Source: Candidatus Micrarchaeia archaeon (GTDB lineage: Archaea; Micrarchaeota; Micrarchaeia; CABMEP01). Taken from it: a stretch of DNA of 64,000 nucleotides. Under the pieces are notes generated by a model. That model searched no databases and was not told the DNA's origin. It saw only the letters and a list, made by a program, of their open reading frames with translations. This document shows positions 47,046 through 56,048 of the stretch, piece by piece (the first letter of the stretch is position 1; the number at the start of each line of letters is the position of its first letter). Location: assembly GCA_038881595.1 (NCBI GenBank), contig JAVZPM010000001.1:32001-96000 (forward strand), in the 5' to 3' direction. Made by a program: the position numbers and the translations under genes.

Positions 47046-47679
47046 ATTTTTCTCTCCAATATTTTAATATTGTATATCTATCAATCATTGGTAATTTTTT
47101 TAAGTCAGAAAATTTATTTAGGTCTTTCTTAGTAATCATTTTTCCATTTTTTGGATTTCTAAGAGAGCACATTACTATTGCTATTTCATAAGGTTTAAGA
47201 CCGCTTAATCTAGCAAGTGCTACGTTTAATTCTGTATGGCCCTGTCTTGAATTTAAAAGATCCTTTGCAGCAATAAAAAATTTAAGATGTCCTGGAATAT
47301 AAATATTTTTGATAAATTTTTCATATTTTTTACTCTTAGCAGCAGTAGCTAACTCTTTGATTAATAATAATTTATCTCTATCTGATGAACCTGTTTTAGC
47401 TTTAATATGATCAATAAGTAAAGACAAACTACTTTTCTTTATCTTTGGAATTTTCTTTTTACGAGAGATAATTAATTGATGTAAAAATGGAATTTTTATT
47501 TTTGAGGCAAGTTCATAGGATATAGCTACTCCGACATCTCCAGAGGCATATTTCTTCATAAGACGCATCTTATTCATATTCATTTTACTTGCTAGAATCA
47601 TCATAGAAAATTCATCTTCTTCATGCTCATATACAAGAATAGGTCTGCCTCTCTTTATCTCATTAAAAATCAATTCCAA
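47038..47679 (-). CDS. Divergent RibB-like (DHBP synthase fold) protein
   Basis: IKRGRPILVY, IPGH and RQGHTE motifs; acidic catalytic loop altered (YEHEEDEFS). Confidence 0.7.
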   Translation of the reverse strand: MELIFNEIKRGRPILVYEHEEDEFSMMILASKMNMNKMRLMKKYASGDVGVAISYELASKIKIPFLHQLIISRKKKIPKIKKSSLSLLIDHIKAKTGSSDRDKLLLIKELATAAKSKKYEKFIKNIYIPGHLKFFIAAKDLLNSRQGHTELNVALARLSGLKPYEIAIVMCSLRNPKNGKMITKKDLNKFSDLKKLPMIDRYTILKYWREKYG

Positions 47680-47846
47680 GTTTATCCCCTAATTTAAATT
47701 TAATAATGTGATATAATATTTTAAAGCATTACTAAATGCAGATGTATGAATTCATTTACTTATTCTAAAATCAAAAAAATAACAAAAATTGCAGTGAAAA
47801 TCAGATAGATTAAAATATGTTTGTAAAAAATAATGAATGAATAGTT

Positions 47847-49229
47847 ATGAAGAAAGTAATAGTTGTTGGTGCTGGTCCAGCTGGTATGTTTGCTTCGTAT
47901 CTTCTTGGGAATGCAGGTTTAGATGTAACTCTCATTGAGATGGGGGAGGACATAAAAGAAAGATCCGAAAAGATCAAGGATGGAGGATCTACTGCAGCAC
48001 CACATTATATTCAAGGAATGGGTGGAAGCGGAACATTTTCTGATGGAAAAATAAACCTAGACCCTGAGATAGGAGGAAACATGCTTGAATTCACAAGCAG
48101 AAGTGATGCTGAAAAATTGATTGCTTATGTAGATAATGTTTTGGTTAAAAATGGAGTGGAAACAAAGGCAGAAATAAACCATAAAGCAGAAGAATTAAGA
48201 ATAAAAGCAATGCAGGCAGGCATAAAATACATCCCTATAAAACAGAAGCATGTTGGCTCAGATCATCTTCCATCTGTTGTCCAAAATATAAAGAGAGAAA
48301 TGGAAAAGAACGGAGTGGAAATAAAAATAAAAACAAAGGCAAAAGACCTGATAATAGAAGATAATAAAATAAAAGGATTGATAGTTGAAAACAGTAAAGA
48401 ACATGAGATTAATGCTGATTATGTAATACTTGCACCTGGAAGAGCTGGATCAAGATGGCTTCTCGATTTAGCAAATAAGTACAGAATAAAATATGAATAT
48501 GGTCCTTTAGATATTGGGGTAAGAGTTGAGGTAAATAATGAAGTTATGGAGGAAGTTACTTCCATAAATTGGGATCCTAAGTTTCATATAACCACTAAAA
48601 AATATGATGATTTTGTGAGAACTTTTTGCACCAATCCTAAAGGCTTTGTTATAACTGAAAACTATGGCGATTTCGTATCTGTTAATGGCCACAGCATGAA
48701 GGATAAAAAATCAAACAATACTAATTTTGCATTCCTAGTCAGAGTGAAATTAACAGAACCGGTTGAAAACACAACACTATATGGGGAGAGCATTGCAAGA
48801 CTTGCAACTACAATCGGTGGTGGAAAACCAATACTTCAAAGACTTGGTGATCTTAAGAAAGGAAGAAGGAGCACCTGGGATAGAATTGAAAAGAGTTATG
48901 TTGAGCCTACAAACAAAGAGGTAACTCCAGGGGATATAAGCATGGCAATGCCTGAAAGAATTGTGAATGACATAGTTGAGGGATTAGATATGCTGTCTGG
49001 AGTTATACCTGGAGTAAATCAAGAACATACATTATTGTATGCGCCAGAGATTAAGTTCAAGTCTGTAAGATTAGAGATAAACAAAAATATGGAATGTAAA
49101 CAGATAAAAAATCTCTTTACTGTAGGAGATGGCGCTGGAGTAAGTGGAGGGATAGTAACAGCTGCTGTTACTGGATTGATTGCAGCAAGAGAAATAATTA
49201 GAAGAGAAAATCTAAAATGTGAAATCTGA
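47847..49229 (+). CDS. Uncharacterised FAD-dependent oxidoreductase
   Basis: VGAGPAG, GGSGTFSDGK, APGRAG, RTFCTNP, APEIK and GDGAG motifs. Confidence 0.88.
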   Translation: MKKVIVVGAGPAGMFASYLLGNAGLDVTLIEMGEDIKERSEKIKDGGSTAAPHYIQGMGGSGTFSDGKINLDPEIGGNMLEFTSRSDAEKLIAYVDNVLVKNGVETKAEINHKAEELRIKAMQAGIKYIPIKQKHVGSDHLPSVVQNIKREMEKNGVEIKIKTKAKDLIIEDNKIKGLIVENSKEHEINADYVILAPGRAGSRWLLDLANKYRIKYEYGPLDIGVRVEVNNEVMEEVTSINWDPKFHITTKKYDDFVRTFCTNPKGFVITENYGDFVSVNGHSMKDKKSNNTNFAFLVRVKLTEPVENTTLYGESIARLATTIGGGKPILQRLGDLKKGRRSTWDRIEKSYVEPTNKEVTPGDISMAMPERIVNDIVEGLDMLSGVIPGVNQEHTLLYAPEIKFKSVRLEINKNMECKQIKNLFTVGDGAGVSGGIVTAAVTGLIAAREIIRRENLKCEI

Positions 49230-49274
49230 TTAATATATTTGTTTAGGTCATTTTATTTAAAGAAAAAGTTAAAG

Positions 49275-49347
49275 TGGCCCCGCGGAGAATCGAACTCCGA
49301 ATCTCCACCGTGTCAGAGTGGCGTCTTAACCATTCGACTACAGGGCC
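49275..49347 (-). tRNA. tRNA-Val(GAC)
   Basis: Reverse-complement cloverleaf with CCACT-CTGACAC-GGTGG arm; differs from tRNA-Val(CAC) at 2 positions. Confidence 0.93.
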
Positions 49348-49455
49348 AAATAATGTAATATTATATGTCGAAAAGATATTTAATTTTAATGTAATCCTAG
49401 AATAAAAATATTTATGTGAACTTATTTTAGTTGTAAGATAAATACGATAATGCTT

Positions 49456-50853
49456 TTAGAATATATGCTCATCTGGTGCTTTAGAGACACCATAATCTGA
49501 TGCACTGGTTCTCCATACAGAACCATACTTCTTTTGCATCTGCTGTTCGATTGGCTTTGCTTTCTCTATTGCTAATGCAACATGCTTCTCTTCTATTAGT
49601 TCAGCTCCATCAATTACTGCAAAATCACCTGCAAGCTTGACTATGCCTGAGAGATCTCTTAATCTTAATGTCAATCCTTCCTTGTTGTCGTAAAGTTTTG
49701 CTTTTCTTCTTGCCTCGTTTATTATTGCTTCGATTGCTTTTGCATTTGCATGAGGAATCCTTCCATCTGCAATTATTTCTTGAGCTATGAACTGCATAAG
49801 TTTCTTTACATTTTTCTCATTGTCTTCCATTACCGTATTCATTAAAACCTCAAACCCATTTCCAAGAATTCTTGAACGCAATGGCGGAAGCAATGTGCCT
49901 ACATCAGCAAAATTGAGCGCACCAACAAGAATAAAATCACATGGAACATTGTCCACTCTGACAGATGCTCCAGAACTCGTTGGATTCCTACCTGTTATTG
50001 GAAACTTCTTTTCCTGCATTGCAGTAAGAAGGTGCCTCTGAAGAGGTCCTAGATTTGAAAGCTCATCTATGAAAAGAACGCCTTCATGAGCCTCATGCAC
50101 TGCTCCTGGAACCACTCTTTTGAATGGCTTTGTACCTATCTCACTATGTCCTCCATATGGATCATGTCTAACATCTCCAAGAAGCTCTGTTTCAGAAGCT
50201 CCTGTTGCCTGGACAAAAAGAGATCTTTCTAAAGGCACAATTACATTTCTTTGTATAGTGGCATGCTCTCTTGCTGCCAATGCCTCCTCATCATAAAGAT
50301 ATATATTTCCTTTTTTGTACTCATACATTACTTTTTGCTCTACTCCATTTATATATTCGGAAAAATAAACTTTATCTTCTCTAGAAGAACCACCGAAAAC
50401 GATATCATCAAAAGGAGAGGTATGAGTCTTATATTTATCTGCTCCACAGTTTGGACATGAGGATATCTCGGGTTTGCTTAAAAAACCACATCTTTTGCAT
50501 CTAAGACCTAGTCGTTCAGCAACTACAATTGGAACATCAACTGGCTTTACTATTTTTGGTTTTGGAATTTTCTTTTCATTCTCTATATCAAGTCTGGAAC
50601 GAACTTCTAGAATGGGTCTTTCTGGATGTTCTGGATTGTCAAGTACAGAAATTTCATAATTCGGCTTTGGAAGAAGGGATGCCATTGCCTGTGCAATCAT
50701 GCTTTTACCAGTACCTGGAGCTCCTACTAAAAGAATATGTCTTTTCTGAGATGCAGCAATCTTTACATATTTTATTGCTTCATCCTGACCTATAACCTTA
50801 TCTATTGGATTTGTAGGTACTTTTATTTCTCTGCTTGTTTCAGGATAATCCAA
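49456..50853 (-). CDS. LonB-like AAA+ ATPase with Zn-ribbon insertion and no protease domain
   Basis: VIGQDEA, GAPGTGKS, LLGDVRHDP, AHEGVLFIDE, LRSRI, LRLRDL; CKRC...CPNC insertion; no Ser-Lys protease domain seen. Confidence 0.82.
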   Translation of the reverse strand: MDYPETSREIKVPTNPIDKVIGQDEAIKYVKIAASQKRHILLVGAPGTGKSMIAQAMASLLPKPNYEISVLDNPEHPERPILEVRSRLDIENEKKIPKPKIVKPVDVPIVVAERLGLRCKRCGFLSKPEISSCPNCGADKYKTHTSPFDDIVFGGSSREDKVYFSEYINGVEQKVMYEYKKGNIYLYDEEALAAREHATIQRNVIVPLERSLFVQATGASETELLGDVRHDPYGGHSEIGTKPFKRVVPGAVHEAHEGVLFIDELSNLGPLQRHLLTAMQEKKFPITGRNPTSSGASVRVDNVPCDFILVGALNFADVGTLLPPLRSRILGNGFEVLMNTVMEDNEKNVKKLMQFIAQEIIADGRIPHANAKAIEAIINEARRKAKLYDNKEGLTLRLRDLSGIVKLAGDFAVIDGAELIEEKHVALAIEKAKPIEQQMQKKYGSVWRTSASDYGVSKAPDEHIF

Positions 50854-50966
50854 TCTCCCACCATTTGAATTAAAATCAGTCTACTATAAATGAGATTAAC
50901 TTAACAATGTTTATATTTTAATAACAAGATTTAAATGTGTATCATTAAATCAGTGGTCTTTGTTAA

Positions 50967-52508
50967 TTATTTAGGAGATTCATTATATGATTTTGCTTTT
51001 TCTAATTCATTCCTTATCTCCTTCTTCTGTTCCTTATTTCCAAACCAATACTTGAACTGAAGTTTAGCTATATTCCAATAATATCCTGGTTGAGTACTTA
51101 TCCATTCCTTTATCTTTTCCATCTTTGATTTCTTCCTGTTTTCCCAAAAATCAATGTCTTCGTTTTCTTTAATCTCTAAAAATACAACTGGATTTATTTC
51201 TATTTCCTCTTCGCAATTAGGCATTTTTCTTTTTATCAAGGCATGAATAAATTCTTCTGAATTAAATTTCCTGCCAAGGGCCTGGAAATACTTGAATGTT
51301 TCAACTTTAAGAACTAATGAATTGTAACCATATGAATAGTCGCTTATTAAATTTGAATCTATATTTGGTTGATAATGGTCGTCTTGATTTGCAAATGTTA
51401 GCAAACCTATTTTCTTTCCATGTTCCCCTGCAAAATAATTAACAACCATATGTGAAAGAGGGTGTTTGTTTTGTCCTTCTAACCTAGGTATAAATTTACT
51501 TATTGTTGGATTTCTTGCCATTCCTGATTTTACTTCGTGAAAATTGAATTGTTCTATACCATCTGCAAAATTGAAAAGTATTTTCAGAGTTTCTTTTTCA
51601 CCTATCAATTCAAAGATGGATGGATCTAATATATCTATTCCTGCATTTTGTGAGGAGGGGTGAGCTATAATTAAAGCAGCTTCAAGATTATCATGGAGAA
51701 CCTTAAGATAATTTAGATGGTTAGTATAAGGACCTGGCACTCCAACTAGGACAGGTGTTACTACACCTTCTTTTCCTTCTAACTTCTTTGAGAGGAATTC
51801 ATACTTGGCCTTCATTGCTGTTTGAATGTTCTTACAAAGAACTAAGATATGAGGTGATTTAACTCTATCTTTTACTGTTGTGGTATTCTCCCATCCTGGA
51901 ATAAAAACAATATTAGCACAAGAACACATGTTATCAATAAAGTTTAATCTTTCCTCATTATGTGTCCAATTATGCGATGTTAACGCATGAAAGTCATGAT
52001 GCCAAAGCATTGATTGAAGAAACCAGTTCTCATCTTCTGTTATTCCGTCATCCCAGACTCTCTCTCCATTAATCGAACCTATATGTGAATGTAAATTACC
52101 CCAATACTCATTTAATGGTTTCATTTCAGAATAAACTTTGATTTTTGCAATTACTTTGCGAATACTTTGGATAATTTCATTTTTATCTGAAGATTTTATA
52201 AAATGATGAAGAATTAGATCTTCTCTTTTAACACTTTTGTCTTTGGATGGATTACTGAAAAAAATATCAAGTTCATTTTTATTTTTTGCTTTTACAAAAA
52301 TAAAGAAATTAGATTTGGCACCTTTGCTTCTATTTAAAACAAGAAGATTGTTTTTTAGTATATATTTATGTTCTACAAAAAATCCACCTTCGTTATAAAG
52401 ATCCTTTCCTATTTCTATCAATGCTTTTATTAATGGCCATTCTAAATTCGTTTTGTATTTGAAAGCTTCGACTGCACTATATGGACTTTTATATTCGGTC
52501 TTACCCAT
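50967..52508 (-). CDS. PHP-domain-like metallophosphoesterase with an extra N-terminal domain
   Basis: NLHSH, LTSHN, PGWE, PHI, IAHP and QDDH metal-binding motifs in PHP order. Confidence 0.65.
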   Translation of the reverse strand: MGKTEYKSPYSAVEAFKYKTNLEWPLIKALIEIGKDLYNEGGFFVEHKYILKNNLLVLNRSKGAKSNFFIFVKAKNKNELDIFFSNPSKDKSVKREDLILHHFIKSSDKNEIIQSIRKVIAKIKVYSEMKPLNEYWGNLHSHIGSINGERVWDDGITEDENWFLQSMLWHHDFHALTSHNWTHNEERLNFIDNMCSCANIVFIPGWENTTTVKDRVKSPHILVLCKNIQTAMKAKYEFLSKKLEGKEGVVTPVLVGVPGPYTNHLNYLKVLHDNLEAALIIAHPSSQNAGIDILDPSIFELIGEKETLKILFNFADGIEQFNFHEVKSGMARNPTISKFIPRLEGQNKHPLSHMVVNYFAGEHGKKIGLLTFANQDDHYQPNIDSNLISDYSYGYNSLVLKVETFKYFQALGRKFNSEEFIHALIKRKMPNCEEEIEINPVVFLEIKENEDIDFWENRKKSKMEKIKEWISTQPGYYWNIAKLQFKYWFGNKEQKKEIRNELEKAKSYNESPK

Positions 52509-52549
52509 AATTAAACTACAAAAAAGAGATATATAAACTTAACTAGTTG

Positions 52550-52729
52550 AGGGCTCTGTAGAAATCCTATGAAGATAAAATAAGATTTCTTTGTCATTAG
52601 AATACATAGATTATAGATGAGTGTCTTAAGCTTTATTTCCTTCTTCTTTACTTCTGTAATTTCTTAAGTCGCTCTTAAATCTTTTATCATCTTCTTATTT
52701 TCATAAGAATTTAATGAATTCTAGAGCCT
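52550..52729. mobile_element. Internally deleted IS5-like element relic
   Basis: TIRs agggctctgtagaaatcctatgaagataa / ttattttcataagaatt...agagcct; GTTG direct repeats at 52546-52549 and 52730-52733; minus strand reads KKEIKLKTLIYNL running into the TIR. Confidence 0.65.
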
Positions 52730-52824
52730 GTTGGCAATGAATAAAATAAAAAATAAAATTAGAGTAATAATTCAAATAACGAGTTTGATTTATTTAAAAC
52801 AAAAAACTGTTAAGATATCAAATC

Positions 52825-54108
52825 TTAGAACTTATGCTTACCCCAGATCTCAATTGCTTCTCTTACTAATGGATTATTTGATTCCTCAAGCGCTATTCCT
52901 TGATCTACTGCCTCTAATACAGCTCTTGCAACAGCTGCTCCTCTTCTTGTTCCTTGAGGATGACCATGTATACCTCCTCCAGCCTGGAGGATTATATCTT
53001 TACCTAAATACTTTGTAATTACTGAAAACATTAATGGATGAAGACCTCCTGATGCAACTGGGAAGCAAGGTTTAACTCCATACCAATCCTGCCCTAATGT
53101 GAATGTTTTTTCTCTTGCAGGCACTATATTTTCTTTTAAAGCACTTACAACGTCTTGAACCTCTTCTAATCCTCCTTCCATCTTTCCAACTATTGTCCCT
53201 GCATGAAGCTGATCAAAACCAAGCATCCTTGAAAGTTTTGCAATTGTAAGCATTGATATTCCGTGTTTTGGATTTCTTGTGATTGCAGCATGACCCGCTC
53301 TGTGTTCATGAATTACTAACTTAAGTTTGTTATTTGAATCTCTCAAATCTTGCAATGCGCTCCACCCTACTGTAATTATATCAACCATCACATACTCTCC
53401 GCCATGATCCTTTACAAATTTCGCTCTTTTTTCCATTTCTTTTCCTGAAGAAGTTATATTGGGCATATATATCTTCTTTTCTCCTGTCTCTTTCTCTGCC
53501 TTATCTCTCATTTTTAAAGTTTCTTTTACTCTTTTCTCGAAATTATTGAATTTCTGACTTGCTAAATTTTCATCGTCTTTAACTATATCACATCCACCTA
53601 CCCATGCTTCATAAGCAACTTTTGCATGATCCTTAACATTTAAACCCATTTTTGGCTTAATTATTGTTCCAAGAAGAGGTCTTGTTTTAACCTTAAGTAA
53701 TTTTCTAACACCAGGTATACCAAACATTGGTCCGTCATACCATTGCATCATTTTCTTTGGAATTCTTATATCATAAAGTCTTAGATTATTTACTTCTTTC
53801 ATTCCAAATATATTTCCTGCAATACTGCTAAGCATCTGAGGAATGTTATTTGGCTCAAATGCATCTAATGGATATGCTATATCTATATATCCAGAATTTG
53901 GATCTAAATGAAAAACGTAAGCTGCTAATTTCTTAATGTATGGCTTTGAAGTCTGAACATCTGTCCATGTTCCTATACTTGATTCTGCTGCAACTGCGCT
54001 AGCTGCTCTCTCAAATGAAACTCCATATCTTGGTTCCATATAAAACCTACATATTAAATCATCTTTAGATGGAGTATATTTCAAATCTATATATCCTTCA
54101 TACGCCAT
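52825..54108 (-). CDS. rbcL: RuBisCO large subunit, form III-type
   Basis: AAESSIGTW, AGNIFG, GTIIKPK, GCDIVKDDE, HRAGHAA, GKMEG, SGGLHP and GGGIHGHP motifs; start at MAYEG. Confidence 0.95.
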   Translation of the reverse strand: MAYEGYIDLKYTPSKDDLICRFYMEPRYGVSFERAASAVAAESSIGTWTDVQTSKPYIKKLAAYVFHLDPNSGYIDIAYPLDAFEPNNIPQMLSSIAGNIFGMKEVNNLRLYDIRIPKKMMQWYDGPMFGIPGVRKLLKVKTRPLLGTIIKPKMGLNVKDHAKVAYEAWVGGCDIVKDDENLASQKFNNFEKRVKETLKMRDKAEKETGEKKIYMPNITSSGKEMEKRAKFVKDHGGEYVMVDIITVGWSALQDLRDSNNKLKLVIHEHRAGHAAITRNPKHGISMLTIAKLSRMLGFDQLHAGTIVGKMEGGLEEVQDVVSALKENIVPAREKTFTLGQDWYGVKPCFPVASGGLHPLMFSVITKYLGKDIILQAGGGIHGHPQGTRRGAAVARAVLEAVDQGIALEESNNPLVREAIEIWGKHKF

Positions 54109-54207
54109 AGGATCACCATATTGTTTGAAACAATTGTTTATTATATTACTGTTTTTAAATATTCTCTGACTAATTATATTAAAGCTTATATTTTTAAAGG
54201 TGTTATC

Positions 54208-55680
54208 ATGGCAATGGCTGGAAGAGAATTTGACAAAGACAAGGACAAAAACTTCAGTGAATGGTATAATACAGTTATCTATGCAGCAGATTTGATTGAC
54301 AATAGATACAATGTACAGGGATTTATTGTTCACAAGCCATGGGCAATGAGAATATTCAAAAAATTATATGCATTATTTGAAGCAGAACTTGAGAAAGATG
54401 GCCATGAACCAACACTCTTCCCTACAGTAATTCCTGAAGAAAACTTTGAAATTGAAAAAGAACATGCAGAAGGTTTTGTTCCAAATGTATTTTGGATAAC
54501 TGAAAAAGGTACTGAAAAATTAAACAGAAAGCTTGCACTCAGACCAACAAGTGAAACTGCAATGTATCATATGTATTCTTTATGGGTAAGAGATTATACA
54601 GATTTACCTATCAAATTATACCAGAGCTGTACTGTATTTAGAAATGAGGCAGAAACAAGTCCTTTCTTTAGAGGAAGAGAATTCCTTTGGATAGAAGCAC
54701 ATGATGCCTTTGCAACAGAAAAGGAAGCAAGAGAACAAGTAATAAAAGATATGATGATATCAACAAAAGTAATTAAAGAACAACTTGGAATAGAATGTAT
54801 GTTCTTCCAAAGGCCGAAATGGGATACATTCCCTGGTGCAGAACATACATATGCAACTGATGTACTGTTGCCAGATGGAAAAACGCTTCAGATTGCAAGT
54901 ACCCATTATCTTGGACAGAATTTTGCAAAGGGATTTAATATTAAATTTAAAGACAAGGATAACAACGAACTCCATGCCTATCAGACATGTTATGGACCAG
55001 GAATATGGAGAATAATGGCTGCAATTATATCAATTCATGGCGATAACAGAGGATTAGTTATTCCTCCTTCTGTAGCACCCTTAGATGTAGTAATAGTTCC
55101 TATAGTAAAGAGTGGAGCTAATAATGAATTAATAATAGAGAAATGCAAAGACATTAAAAAGAAACTAGAAAACAAAGGATATAAAGTGATATTAGATGAA
55201 AGAGACAAAACACCAGGTTACAAATATGCTGACTGGGAGCTTAGAGGAGTGCCATTCAGAATAGAGATCGGAGAAAAAGAAGTTAATGAAAAATTTGTCA
55301 CTCTTGTTCCAAGAGATGAAAGAACAAGAAAAAGAATAGATGACAAAGATCTACTTGAAATTGTAGAAGAAGAAAAAGAACAGATGATAAATAGATTGAA
55401 GCAGAAATCAATATCTAAATTAGAGGGAAAAATAAAGAATGCAGAAACTATCCAAGAGATTAAGAACATACTTGACAACGACAAGGCATATGCGAGAGTT
55501 AATATATGTTCTATTGATTCTGATGGAAAAGAATGTGGAGACATAATACAATATGAAACAAAAGGTGGAAAGGTAAGAGGAACACTCGTTGGAAAGAAAG
55601 AAGAACCTTTTGGGAACAAGAAATGTGTTGTTTGTGGTAAGCCTGCAAAACATGTAGTGTACGTAGCAAGGCAATATTAA
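54208..55680 (+). CDS. proS: Proline--tRNA ligase (archaeal/eukaryotic type)
   Basis: FSEWY, LRPTSET, FRNE, REFLWIE, HYLGQNF; C-terminal CVVCG...ARQY. Confidence 0.96.
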   Translation: MAMAGREFDKDKDKNFSEWYNTVIYAADLIDNRYNVQGFIVHKPWAMRIFKKLYALFEAELEKDGHEPTLFPTVIPEENFEIEKEHAEGFVPNVFWITEKGTEKLNRKLALRPTSETAMYHMYSLWVRDYTDLPIKLYQSCTVFRNEAETSPFFRGREFLWIEAHDAFATEKEAREQVIKDMMISTKVIKEQLGIECMFFQRPKWDTFPGAEHTYATDVLLPDGKTLQIASTHYLGQNFAKGFNIKFKDKDNNELHAYQTCYGPGIWRIMAAIISIHGDNRGLVIPPSVAPLDVVIVPIVKSGANNELIIEKCKDIKKKLENKGYKVILDERDKTPGYKYADWELRGVPFRIEIGEKEVNEKFVTLVPRDERTRKRIDDKDLLEIVEEEKEQMINRLKQKSISKLEGKIKNAETIQEIKNILDNDKAYARVNICSIDSDGKECGDIIQYETKGGKVRGTLVGKKEEPFGNKKCVVCGKPAKHVVYVARQY

Positions 55681-55702
55681 AATTCAAGAATAAGGTGTAA
55701 TT

Positions 55703-55849
55703 ATGAGAAGCCCATGTCCAAATAAAAAAGAAAATGAAAAAGATTGTCCTTGTCCTGAAATTGATTGCCCCAGGCATGGAATCTGTTGTGAATGTATAAG
55801 ATTTCATAAAAACAATAAACAGTGGCCAAAACCTGCATGTTTCAGATAA
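55703..55849 (+). CDS. Small Cys-rich protein, 48 aa (not in ORF track)
   Basis: MRSPCPNKKENEKDCPCPEIDCPRHGICCECIRFHKNNKQWPKPACFR; AAGGTG SD upstream. Confidence 0.75.
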   Translation: MRSPCPNKKENEKDCPCPEIDCPRHGICCECIRFHKNNKQWPKPACFR

Positions 55850-55903
55850 ATTTATTAAATCAGCACGCTATTTTATAATACAATTATAAATTTAAATTAA
55901 CTT

Positions 55904-55976
55904 AGCCCCGTCGTCTAGCGGTCAAGGATACGAGGCTCTGGACCTCGTGACATCGGTTCGAATCCGGTCGGGGCTA
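55904..55976 (+). tRNA. tRNA-Gln(CTG)
   Basis: AGCCCCG/CGGGGCT-A stem with the archaeal A1-U72 pair; CGAGG-CTCTGGA-CCTCG arm. Confidence 0.95.
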
Positions 55977-56048
55977 TATTTAATGATAAAATTAAAAGTG
56001 TATCAAACCAATAACAAGTTGTTATTTAAAATATATTAAAGTGGGTTT

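Noticed and set aside
54109..54333. Overlapping N-terminal extensions of rbcL and proS
   Set aside because: Motif-supported starts with SD-like sites are at 54108 and 54208; the extensions are intergenic or antisense.
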